Assembly: GCA_050998805.1 (NCBI GenBank)
Contig: JBPCPV010000015.1
Span: 145,423-209,422 of the forward strand
Direction: 5' to 3'
Origin: Chloroflexia bacterium
GTDB taxonomy: Bacteria; Chloroflexota; Chloroflexia; QHBQ01; JAICKM01
Length of the DNA: 64,000 bases
This document shows positions 55,000 through 63,323 of this stretch, piece after piece (within the stretch, counting starts at the first letter, position 1; each line of letters begins with the position of its first letter). The position numbers and the translations under genes are program-made. Below the pieces are notes generated by a model. It saw nothing but the letters and a program-made list of their open reading frames with translations, was not told where the DNA came from and did not search any database.

Positions 55000-55101
55000 G
55001 CACCGGCTCCTTTCCGAAGCGTTCAGCCGTCAGCCGTCAGCGTAATCTATCTGCGGGATTTATAACATGAAGGGGGCATCTTTGCAAGTTGGAGGGCCTC
55101 C

Positions 55102-55129
55102 TTGAACGCAGGCCTACTTATGGTATAAT
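55102..55129 (+). promoter_or_regulatory. Candidate promoter TTGAAC-16-TGGTATAAT (extended -10)
   Basis: cttgaacgcaggcctacttatggtataat seen directly, ~120 nt upstream of the sugar transferase GTG start (RBS GAGGGGAG). Confidence 0.45.
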
Positions 55130-55249
55130 TGTCCACAGCATTGGGAAGGGGATGGCGTGCCGGGCCATCTGCGAAGAATGTGGGCGGTTCGATTCTTGCT
55201 CATGCACCTCAATGTGCCGCTACAATCATCTGTTAAATGAGGGGAGCCT

Positions 55250-56797
55250 GTGGGCAGTACAAAACCGAGGCCAAAGCTGGTTGTGGCTAAAGTAGGGGAC
55301 GCGAGCAGCCGATCCGCTCCTGCGGCCAGACCGGCGGCTCTAGTTCATGTGGATAAGCGCGCGTTCCATTGGCCGCTAGTGGCTGCCCGTATGGGTGCAG
55401 ACGCGCTGCTCGTCAACGTGGCGTTTGTGCTGGCATATTTTGCGCGCTACGACCTTCGGCTCGTCCGGGATGTGCAGCGCGAATCCACGCTCCCACTCTC
55501 AGCCTTCACCGGAATGGAGATCGGGCTGACGGCGATCACCATCATCGTCTTCTACGCGAAGGGTGTTTACGCCCAGCCGCGCGGCACGTCCTGGCTCGAC
55601 GAGATGCTGAAAGTGGCCGGGGGCGCGCTCACCAGCGTCGCGGTGCTGATTCTTGCCAGCCTACTCACAAACCCTGTACTGAACTCCCGCCTGATGTTCC
55701 TGTTTATCTACGTTGCTACCCTGCTCGTCTTCGGTGCCGAACGCTTCGTGATACGGCGCGCCCGGATGATGCTTTGGAAGCGCGGGATCAACATCCGGCG
55801 GGTGCTGGTCGTCGGCTCGGGGTATGCGGGGCAGCGACTGATGAAAGACCTGATGGAGAGGGCGGACCTCGGCTACACCCTCGCCGGCTATGTCGAGGAG
55901 GAGGCCGACTCGGCGGCGTGGACCGTGCCGATGAACGGCCACGGCTACCCCGCGCGCCTCGGACGTGTGGACGACGTGGAGCAGGTGATCGGCGCGGGCC
56001 AGATCGAGGAGGTGATCGTCGCCCTGCCTGCCTCGGATCACCAGCGTATCGCCGAGGTGGTGGAACGATGCCGCCGTCACCGTGTCAGCTTCCGGCTCGT
56101 GCCCGACCTGTTCGAGATACGCTTCAACCAGGTGCAGATAGATGCCTTGAACGGCATCCCGCTGATCGGGTTGAAGGAGGTGGCCCTGCGGGGCGGCAAC
56201 TTGCTGATCAAGCGGGTGCTCGATGTGGCTCTCTCGTTGCTGGTGTTGATTATCACCTCGCCGGTGCTTCTGGTGCTTGGGCTTCTGGTCAAGCTGGAGG
56301 AGCCGCGCGCGGATGTCTTCTTCAAGCACGAGCGGGTCGGTATCGGCGGGCGACGCTTCCAGCTCTACAAGTTCCGAACGATGGAGGCCGACGCCGAAGA
56401 GCGCAAGGCAGAGTTGCTGGCCTACAACGAAGCGAGCGGGCCGGTCTTCAAGATGAGGAACGACCCACGCATTACCCCCATCGGCAGGTGGCTGCGCCAC
56501 ACCAGCCTCGACGAGTTGCCGCAGATACTCAACATCCTGTTGGGCGATATGGCGTGGGTCGGGCCGCGGCCGCCGGTACCGAGCGAAGTCGAACTCTACA
56601 GCGATTGGCACCGCCGCCGCCTCGAGCTCACACCGGGCCTCACCGGCCTCTGGCAGGTGAGCGGGCGCAGCGACCTGTCGTTCGACGACATGGTGAAGCT
56701 CGACCTGTTCTACGCGGAAAATTGGTCGCTTGCGTTCGACATCAAGATCCTGCTGATGACTATACCGGCTGTGCTGTTGGGCAAAGGGGCCTATTGA
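55250..56797 (+). CDS. Polyprenyl-phosphate sugar phosphotransferase (WbaP/EpsB-like priming glycosyltransferase)
   Basis: N-terminal TM helices and a Rossmann-like linker. C-terminal ...LIKRVLDVALSLLVLIITSPVLLVLGLLVKLEEPRADVFFKHERVGIGGRRFQLYKFRTM...SLDELPQILNILLGDMAWVGPRP.... Confidence 0.85.
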   Translation: MGSTKPRPKLVVAKVGDASSRSAPAARPAALVHVDKRAFHWPLVAARMGADALLVNVAFVLAYFARYDLRLVRDVQRESTLPLSAFTGMEIGLTAITIIVFYAKGVYAQPRGTSWLDEMLKVAGGALTSVAVLILASLLTNPVLNSRLMFLFIYVATLLVFGAERFVIRRARMMLWKRGINIRRVLVVGSGYAGQRLMKDLMERADLGYTLAGYVEEEADSAAWTVPMNGHGYPARLGRVDDVEQVIGAGQIEEVIVALPASDHQRIAEVVERCRRHRVSFRLVPDLFEIRFNQVQIDALNGIPLIGLKEVALRGGNLLIKRVLDVALSLLVLIITSPVLLVLGLLVKLEEPRADVFFKHERVGIGGRRFQLYKFRTMEADAEERKAELLAYNEASGPVFKMRNDPRITPIGRWLRHTSLDELPQILNILLGDMAWVGPRPPVPSEVELYSDWHRRRLELTPGLTGLWQVSGRSDLSFDDMVKLDLFYAENWSLAFDIKILLMTIPAVLLGKGAY

Positions 56798-56801
56798 CGC
56801 G

Positions 56802-57932
56802 GTGCGTGTAGCCCTCGTCCACGACTACCTGACGCAGTACGGCGGGGCAGAGAAGGTCTTGGAGGCGCTGCACGCGCTCTATCCGGGCGCGCCGGTCTAC
56901 ACATCGGTCTACGCGTCGGAGGCGATGCCTGCGTGCTTCCAGCGGTGGAAAATCCGAACCTCGTTCATGCAGCGGCTGCCGCTGCTGAGGAGGAAGCACC
57001 AGCTTGGCCTGCCGCTCTACCCAACGGCATTTGAGCAATTCGACCTCAGCGGCTATGACCTAGTGATCAGCAGCAGCAGCGCGTGGGCAAAGGGCGTGAT
57101 CACGGGGCCGCAAACGTTGCATATCTGTTACTGCCACTCACCGATGCGCTTCGCGTGGTCCTACCAGGATTATGCGCGCGGGGAGAATGTCGGCGCGCTC
57201 GGAAAGCTGGTCTTGCCATTTATCCTGAGCTATGTTAGACTCTGGGACGAAACCTCGGCGGGGCGGGCCGACGCTTACATAGCGAACTCCCGGGAAGTCG
57301 CGCGGCGGATCTCGAAATATTACCGCCGGGAGGCGACGGTGATCAACCCGCCGGTGGAGTTGGGCGGTTTCGCTCCGGAGGAGAAGCTCGGCGACTACTT
57401 CCTGGTTGTGTCGAGGCTGGTGCCCTATAAACGGCTCGACATCGTGATAGACGCCTTCAACCGGCTCAGCCTGCCGCTGAAAGTGGTGGGCTGTGGGCGG
57501 CAGCGGGCGGAACTCGAAGCGCGGGCGAAGCCGAACATCAGCTTCCTCGGCGCGGTCGGGCAAGATGAGCTAAGGCGGCTGTATGCACGGTGCCGCGCGC
57601 TGATCTGGTCGGAGGCGAGTGACTTCGGCATTGCCCCGGTCGAGGTGCAGGCGTCGGGTCGCCCGGTTATCGCATACGCGGCGGGCGGCGCGCTCGAGAC
57701 AGTGCTGGACGGCGAGACCGGGATCTTCTTCGGGCGGCAGACACCGGCCTCCTTGATCCAGGCCGTCGAGGGCTTCCGGGCCGAAGCGTTCGACCCGGCC
57801 CGCATACGGCGGCACGCCGAGGAGTACGGTGTGCCGGTTTTTGAGCGTCGGATAAGGGAGTTTGTGGACGCGGCGCTCGCCGAGAAGCAGGCGGAAAGGA
57901 ACGCATCGGCTTGGAATTGCGCGAATACATAG
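56802..57932 (+). CDS. Glycosyltransferase family 4 (GT-B)
   Basis: MRVALVHDYLTQYGGAEKVLEAL... ...EDFGIAPVEVQASGRPVIA.... Confidence 0.85.
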   Translation: MRVALVHDYLTQYGGAEKVLEALHALYPGAPVYTSVYASEAMPACFQRWKIRTSFMQRLPLLRRKHQLGLPLYPTAFEQFDLSGYDLVISSSSAWAKGVITGPQTLHICYCHSPMRFAWSYQDYARGENVGALGKLVLPFILSYVRLWDETSAGRADAYIANSREVARRISKYYRREATVINPPVELGGFAPEEKLGDYFLVVSRLVPYKRLDIVIDAFNRLSLPLKVVGCGRQRAELEARAKPNISFLGAVGQDELRRLYARCRALIWSEASDFGIAPVEVQASGRPVIAYAAGGALETVLDGETGIFFGRQTPASLIQAVEGFRAEAFDPARIRRHAEEYGVPVFERRIREFVDAALAEKQAERNASAWNCANT

Positions 57933-58588
57933 GCGTCGTCCGTCGGCGGTGGCTGTTGGTCGTCGCAATAGTCGTGCTGACGGGACTCGTGAGCTTCGGC
58001 CTGGCGCTCACTCAACTCCCTAATTACACAGCCGTGACCCGCGTGTCGGTGCGCCAGCGGACCCCGGCATCTATCCCGCCGACTCCGGGTCCCACCGGGC
58101 AGCCGGGGTACTACACCTACGACAAGTACTACAACTTCTACAGTTCCGAGTTCCTGGCCGACGACTACGCGATCATCGTCACCAGCCAGGCGTTCACCGA
58201 CCTTGTAGACGCGAAGCTGGCACAGGACGGCCACCCCGAGTACCAAGCCGTCGGCACGCTCGTCGCCGACCGCAAGCAGCGTGAGCTGACGATCTCGGCC
58301 ACGACCAACGACTCGGCGAGATCGAAGGCGATCACGAAAGCCGTCGGCGAAGTCTTCGCCGATCTGAGCGCACCCGGCGCGCCCACGCCCAGCGAGAACG
58401 GAGTCGCCATACACGACGATGCGCTCTTCGCCGTGATAGATCCGTTGTCGGGGGTGATCAGCAGCAAGAGCCGCCAGTACACGAACGCGGCCATCGCTAC
58501 GGGGGTCGGCCTTGCGCTGGCGCTGGCGTTGGCTTTCCTGTTGGAGGCGTTAGGCATCGGACGGCGCACGGCCGCCGGGCCTAGTTAG
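57911..58588 (+). CDS. Wzz/chain-length-determinant-like protein (polysaccharide co-polymerase)
   Basis: (M)ELREYIGVVRRRWLLVVAIVVLTGLVSFGLAL... is an N-terminal TM helix with a C-terminal TM helix. 225 aa. TTG start. Confidence 0.65.
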   Translation: MELREYIGVVRRRWLLVVAIVVLTGLVSFGLALTQLPNYTAVTRVSVRQRTPASIPPTPGPTGQPGYYTYDKYYNFYSSEFLADDYAIIVTSQAFTDLVDAKLAQDGHPEYQAVGTLVADRKQRELTISATTNDSARSKAITKAVGEVFADLSAPGAPTPSENGVAIHDDALFAVIDPLSGVISSKSRQYTNAAIATGVGLALALALAFLLEALGIGRRTAAGPS

Positions 58589-58592
58589 GTTA

Positions 58593-59279
58593 GTGATGCA
58601 ACTCGAACTCCGCGACTACTTCAATGTGCTGGTCAAACGCTGGTGGCTGATACTGCTGGTGGCGGCGGGTGCTGCCGCCGGGGGCTACGGCTACAGCAAG
58701 CTACAGACGCCGATCTACCAGGCGGATGTGAAGATACAGGCGTTCCCTAGCCGCGCGGATAACGGCCTGATCGAGTACCTGGTCAAGAACCTGCCGAGCT
58801 ATACCGCGGGCCTCGACTCGCACGAGTTCGTGAACTCTGTGCTGACCGACTCGGCGAACCGTGGGCACCTCGACGACCTGACGGCGGACGACGTGCTCGG
58901 CAAGCTAAAGGTGCAAGCCCAGCCCGACAATCACATCATAGACATGACGGTGGACGACCCGTCGGCGCAGAAGGCCGCCGACATCGCCAATGCGCTCGCC
59001 TCGGCCTACGCGGACCAGCAGAACGCGCTCGCGGAAAAGAGCCAGAGCGCCGACAAGATCTTCCTGCAACAGCTGGACACCGCCAGGCCGCCACCGCGCC
59101 CCTACCAGCCGCGCACGCTGCTTAACACGGGCGCCGCAGCACTGCTTGGCCTAGTCCTCGGCCTGATACTGGCCTTTATCCTGGAGTTCACCGACACCAG
59201 TCTGAAGACCAGTGAGGATGTGCAACGCTACCTCGCTCTGAACACCATCGGCCTGATACCGGCGCGGAAGCGGGCGTAG
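58593..59279 (+). CDS. Wzz/chain-length-determinant-like protein, tandem paralog
   Basis: MMQLELRDYFNVLVKRWWLILLVAAGAAAGGYGY... plus a C-terminal TM helix. Confidence 0.65.
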   Translation: MMQLELRDYFNVLVKRWWLILLVAAGAAAGGYGYSKLQTPIYQADVKIQAFPSRADNGLIEYLVKNLPSYTAGLDSHEFVNSVLTDSANRGHLDDLTADDVLGKLKVQAQPDNHIIDMTVDDPSAQKAADIANALASAYADQQNALAEKSQSADKIFLQQLDTARPPPRPYQPRTLLNTGAAALLGLVLGLILAFILEFTDTSLKTSEDVQRYLALNTIGLIPARKRA

Positions 59280-59315
59280 TGGTCGGTGGTTAGTGGTTAG
59301 TGCGTAGTGCGTAAT
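59274..59315. repeat. Six tandem heptamers GCGTAGT-GGTCGGT-GGTTAGT-GGTTAGT-GCGTAGT-GCGTAAT overlapping the Wzz stop codon
   Basis: Seen directly. The gene's TAG stop lies inside the first heptamer. Confidence 0.8.
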
Positions 59316-59420
59316 TGCTGAGGAAGACTGACGACTGACCGGCAAGAGGAGTAGACTGCCCTGAGTAGAGATGAGAAACAGGCTAGGCAAGCAGCACGCG
59401 CCGATGAGCGGGGGGGGCTG

Positions 59421-60080
59421 GTGATGGTGAACGAGCCGCGCTCGCCGGCAGCCGAGGCGTACAGGACGCTGCGGGTGAATATCCAGTTCGCCAGCCCGGA
59501 TAAGCCGCTGAAGACTATCTTGGCTACCAGCACCAGCCCGGAGGAGGGCAAGTCCACGACGATAGCCAACCTCGCTATCGCGCTCGCCGAGACCGGCGCG
59601 CCGACCCTGCTGGTGGACTGCGACCTGCGCCGGCCGAGCCTACACACGCTGTTCGGACTGCCGAACGAAGCGGGGCTGACCAGCCTTATGCTCGCGGGTA
59701 CGGACTTGGCGGCAGGATCATTGCCGCTACAGGCCACCGGCGTCGAGAACCTGCGCCTGCTGACGAGCGGCCCCTTGCCGCCGAACCCCGCAGAGCTGCT
59801 GGCCTCGCGCCGGATGTCGGAGCTGTTGGTGCTGCTGGCCGAGCAAGCGACCTACGTGCTGATCGACACGCCGCCGATCATCGCCGTGGCCGACGCCGCC
59901 GTGCCGGCAGCCCGTGTAGACGGCGTACTGCTCGTCGTGCGCGCAGGCAAGACCCGCCGCGACCTGGCGCTCAAGGCCCGCAAGATGCTCGACCATGTGA
60001 AGGCCAACGTTGTCGGCGTGATCATCACGGACGCAAGGCTCGAAGGCTCGGCGTATGAGTACTACGGCAAGCAGGGATGA
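59421..60080 (+). CDS. CpsD/CapB-type tyrosine-protein kinase (BY-kinase cytoplasmic ATPase)
   Basis: ...AEAYRTLRVNIQFASPDKPLKTILATSTSPEEGKSTTIANLAIALAETG... (Walker A GKST) ...LIDTPPI... (Walker B). Confidence 0.85.
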   Translation: MMVNEPRSPAAEAYRTLRVNIQFASPDKPLKTILATSTSPEEGKSTTIANLAIALAETGAPTLLVDCDLRRPSLHTLFGLPNEAGLTSLMLAGTDLAAGSLPLQATGVENLRLLTSGPLPPNPAELLASRRMSELLVLLAEQATYVLIDTPPIIAVADAAVPAARVDGVLLVVRAGKTRRDLALKARKMLDHVKANVVGVIITDARLEGSAYEYYGKQG

Positions 60081-60853
60081 TTGACATACATGCCCACATC
60101 TTGCCCGGCGTGGACGACGGGCCGGTAGACGACGCAGAGAGCCTCGCTATGGCTGCGCTGGCCGTGTCCGGCGGCACAACCGACATGATCTGCACCTCGC
60201 ACAGCGCCGAGTGGTTCGAGATCGGGCCGCTGCCGGTGATGAAGGGCCAGATCGCCGCACTTCAAAGCAAGCTCGATGCGGCCGGCCTGGGCCTGCGGCT
60301 CTACCCCGGCATGGAGATTTTCTTGACGCCGGAGACTCCGCGCCACCTCGCAGAAGGCCGCGCCTGGACGTTGGCCGGCAGCCGCTACGTGCTGGTCGAG
60401 ATACCCTACCAACCGTGGCCGCCCTACACCGAGCAGACTCTATTCCGGTTACAGGTCGAGGGCTACACGCCGGTCCTCGCCCACCCCGAACGATACGTGG
60501 CGATCCAGCATGACCCAGACGTGATGTACCGGCTGGCGGAGCGCGGCATACTCGGGCAGGTGACGACCGGGGCGTTCGAGGGCCACTTTGGTGCGGCGAC
60601 GAAGCGTTGCGCGATCACGCTCACCGAACGCGGCCTGGTGCAGTTCCTGGCGTCAGACAGCCACAGCGCGACCGACCACCGACGGCTGCCCGGCCTCTCG
60701 GTGGTCCACGCGACGCTCGTGCGTCTGATTGGCGCGGAGGCCGCCGACGCGATAGCGAGCACGCTGCCAGCCCGCGTGTTGGCCGATGAGCCGATCACGC
60801 CCGACCCAAAGCTGGCGGCTACCGGGCACTCGTTCTTCGGGCGACGCTCCTGA
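60077..60853 (+). CDS. CpsB/CapC-type (PHP domain) tyrosine-protein phosphatase
   Basis: MIDIHAHILPGVDDGP...TSHSAEW...LAHPERY...ASDSHS.... ATGA overlap with the kinase gene. Confidence 0.85.
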   Translation: MIDIHAHILPGVDDGPVDDAESLAMAALAVSGGTTDMICTSHSAEWFEIGPLPVMKGQIAALQSKLDAAGLGLRLYPGMEIFLTPETPRHLAEGRAWTLAGSRYVLVEIPYQPWPPYTEQTLFRLQVEGYTPVLAHPERYVAIQHDPDVMYRLAERGILGQVTTGAFEGHFGAATKRCAITLTERGLVQFLASDSHSATDHRRLPGLSVVHATLVRLIGAEAADAIASTLPARVLADEPITPDPKLAATGHSFFGRRS

Positions 60854-61635
60854 TGCCCGACCCACTCGGAGGCTGCGTGCTTGCGGAGGAGCATGGCCCG
60901 TTCGACATCATCGGCGACCTGCACGGCTGCTTCGACGAGCTGATCGCTCTGTTTACGAAGCTAGGCTACCGCGTCACCGACGGCTGCACCGTGCAGCCTC
61001 CGGAGGGCCGTAAGGCGATCTTCGTCGGCGACCTGGTAGACCGTGGGCCGAATACGCCTGGCGTGCTGCGGCTAGTAATGGGCATGGTGGCGGTAGGCAC
61101 CGCGCTCTGTGTGCCCGGCAACCACGACTGGAAGCTGCTGCGGAAGCTGTGGGGCAGGAACGTGCGCGTGGCGCACGGCCTTGCCGAGACTCTGGCCCAA
61201 TTGGACGCCGAGCCGCCGGAGTTCAAGGCCGAAGTCGTGGCCTTTTTCGTGGAGCTGCCCGATTATTATGTGCTGGACAGCGGTGGGCTGGTGGTGGCCC
61301 ATGCGGGGTTGAATGAGGAGCTACAGGGCGAGGACTCGCACCGCGCGCGCTCCTTCGCTTTTTACGGGGATACCACGGGCGAGACGGACGAGTTCGGGCT
61401 GCCAGTCCGCCGGAACTGGGCCGCAGAGTATCGCGGCAGAGCGATGGTCGTCTACGGGCACACGCCGGTCTCCGAGGCCGAGTGGCTGAACAACACGATC
61501 AACATAGATACTGGCTGTGTCTTCGGCGGAGAGCTTACCGCTTTGCGCTACCCCGAGCTAGAACTCGTCAGTGTGCGGCCCGCCCGGACCTACGCCGACC
61601 CGCGTCGTCCCCTGGCACCCATGCCGACCGATTAG
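60853..61635 (+). CDS. Calcineurin-like metallophosphoesterase (ApaH/PrpE/Pnkp-phosphatase-like)
   Basis: ...IIGDLHGCFDEL...IFVGDLVDRGP...GNHD...GHT.... ATGA overlap with the upstream gene. Confidence 0.75.
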   Translation: MPDPLGGCVLAEEHGPFDIIGDLHGCFDELIALFTKLGYRVTDGCTVQPPEGRKAIFVGDLVDRGPNTPGVLRLVMGMVAVGTALCVPGNHDWKLLRKLWGRNVRVAHGLAETLAQLDAEPPEFKAEVVAFFVELPDYYVLDSGGLVVAHAGLNEELQGEDSHRARSFAFYGDTTGETDEFGLPVRRNWAAEYRGRAMVVYGHTPVSEAEWLNNTINIDTGCVFGGELTALRYPELELVSVRPARTYADPRRPLAPMPTD

Positions 61636-61645
61636 AGGTGAGACA

Positions 61646-62500
61646 ATGTTGGCCCGACAATCGCTAACCCCAGCCGAAATCCGCGCCGCCGCAGAACTCG
61701 CCGAAGTATGCAACGCATATGAGGGGCTGGACCTCGTGCTCGACCTGGATGTGCTTCCGGCCCCTGCCGAGCAAACCCGCGCCCTCCTTTACTACGCTGA
61801 CGACGCGCTCGTCGGCTTCCTGCGGCTCTACGGGTTTGGGCGCAGTGAAGTCGAGGTGGTCGGCATGGTCCATCCAGCGTGGAGGCGGCGGAGGATATTC
61901 CGCACTCTGCTTGAGGAGGCCCTGGCCGAGGCAAGGCGGCGGGGTGCCGGGCGGCTGCTCCTGGCGTGCGAGGAGCGATCCGCCTCCGGCCAGGCGTTCG
62001 TGAAGGCGGTCGGCGCTGTGTACAGCTTTTCGGAGCATAAGATGGTCTGGCATGGCGGTCCACCGCCTGCGCCGCCGACCGCGCTGCTTGAGCTACGCCC
62101 GGCCACAGCCGCCGATGCCGACCTACTGGTGCAGCTTTACGTCGCCTGCTTCGACGACCCCGAAGAGGAGATGCAGATCCATGTGGATACGATCCTGCGC
62201 GACCCGGAGCGCGATGTGCAGCTAGCCTACCTGGACGGCGCACCAATCGGCATGATCACTCTCGTGCTTTCGGAGGACGAGGCATACGTAGCGGGCTTCG
62301 GCGTGGTGCCCGAACTCAGGGGCCGGGGGTACGGGCGGCAGATCCTCGGCATGGTGATCAACCAGGCGCTACTGAGCCGGACGCGGATCGTGTTGGAAGT
62401 CGAGACCGACAATCTGAGTGCGCTCGGCCTATATCAGTCCTGTGGCTTCCGGGAGACAACGGCCTACGATTACTACGCGCTCGATCTGCCTACTTCTTGA
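61646..62500 (+). CDS. GNAT family N-acetyltransferase with two tandem GNAT domains (MshD-like architecture)
   Basis: Start at the ATG after GAGGTGAG. First domain ...VGFLRLYGFGRSEVEVVGMVHPAWRRRRIFRTLL.... Second domain ...IGMITLVLSEDEAYVAGFGVVPELRGRGYGRQIL...ALGLYQSCGF.... Confidence 0.7.
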   Translation: MLARQSLTPAEIRAAAELAEVCNAYEGLDLVLDLDVLPAPAEQTRALLYYADDALVGFLRLYGFGRSEVEVVGMVHPAWRRRRIFRTLLEEALAEARRRGAGRLLLACEERSASGQAFVKAVGAVYSFSEHKMVWHGGPPPAPPTALLELRPATAADADLLVQLYVACFDDPEEEMQIHVDTILRDPERDVQLAYLDGAPIGMITLVLSEDEAYVAGFGVVPELRGRGYGRQILGMVINQALLSRTRIVLEVETDNLSALGLYQSCGFRETTAYDYYALDLPTS

Positions 62501-62750
62501 AATAATCCGCGTTGATCTGCGTGAATTTCTCCCACTCTACGGGCACATCGTCTTGCGGGAAGATCGCGTTGACAGGACATTCAGGCTCGCAGGCACCGCA
62601 ATCAATACACTCATCGGGGTCAATGTACAACATCTCGATCTTGGCGAAGCCCTCTTCGTCCTGGCGTGGGTGGATGCAGTCCACTGGGCAGACATCCACA
62701 CAAGAAGCGTCTTTAACGCCGATGCAAGGCTCGGTTATCACATAAGTCAT
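62490..62750 (-). CDS. fdxA: Ferredoxin (7Fe-type, [3Fe-4S][4Fe-4S])
   Basis: MTYVITEPCIGVKDASCVDVCPVDCIHP...CIDCGACEPECPVNAIF. RBS AAGAGGAG before the ATG at 62750. Confidence 0.85.
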   Translation of the reverse strand: MTYVITEPCIGVKDASCVDVCPVDCIHPRQDEEGFAKIEMLYIDPDECIDCGACEPECPVNAIFPQDDVPVEWEKFTQINADYFKK

Positions 62751-63083
62751 GAGCGCAACTCCTCTTTGGTCGGGTATTATGTCGGGAGCCGGGCGCGTGC
62801 GCCCTCCTCTGTCGCCCACATTATACGATAGACGGCAGCGGCGCGCAACCGCTTGACATCGCCCCCGAAAATTGCTATAGTTGGACTAAGATTAACTGCA
62901 TAGCCAGAAAGACTGTGAACAGCAGGAGTAGTCGCGCAGGCGAGCAGGCAGAGATCCGGCGGTGGTGAAAGCCCGGATGCAGCGCGCACGGCGAATGGAG
63001 CTGGGAGTCGCACCCCGAACGGCCCGCGCGGCCCAGTAGGCGGTGCCGGAGACTCTTCCGTTATCAGGAGCCGGGCATCGGAC

Positions 63084-63108
63084 GTAGTGCGTAGTGCGTA
63101 GTGCGTAA
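63084..63108. repeat. (GTAGTGC)3 heptamer tandem repeat
   Basis: gtagtgcgtagtgcgtagtgcgtaa seen directly. Confidence 0.8.
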
Positions 63109-63130
63109 ATCGGGTGCTCGATATAAGCGC

Positions 63131-63220
63131 ATGAGGCGGGGCGGTTTGACTGCGTCGGCTCTGCGGAACTTGGGTGGCACCACGAGCAGGCTTTGGCCCT
63201 CGTCCCTTTGGCGCAATTAG
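63131..63220 (+). other. Candidate trp leader peptide ORF (29 codons, two Trp codons) preceding a terminator
   Basis: ATG...MRRGGLTASALRNLGGTTSRLWPSSLWRN* has Trp codons at 63194-63196 and 63209-63211. The stop codon lies in the loop of the downstream hairpin. Confidence 0.3.
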
Positions 63221-63249
63221 TTGCGCCGGGACGGGGCTTTTTCATTTTT
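63197..63249 (+). terminator. Rho-independent terminator-like structure upstream of trpE
   Basis: Outer stem ccctcgtccc/gggacgggg, inner stem ggcgcaa/ttgcgcc with loop ttag, followed by ctttttcattttt. Confidence 0.5.
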
Positions 63250-63323
63250 AATTGTGAGTTGTGGGTTATGAATTGCGGATGGGGATCTGCGGGGCGACGT
63301 AGCGGATTGGGGGTGGAGGAGTG

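Noticed and set aside
47027-55000. Classical tRNA-integrated genomic island with integrase and direct-repeat att site
   Set aside because: No integrase gene, and no downstream copy of the tRNA 3' end that I could find by eye. Only the McrBC pair looks clearly accessory.
55369-56811. 480-aa + strand ORF in an alternative frame of the sugar transferase gene
   Set aside because: Arg/Gly-rich shadow frame. The 55250-56797 frame has the diagnostic sugar-transferase C-terminal motifs.
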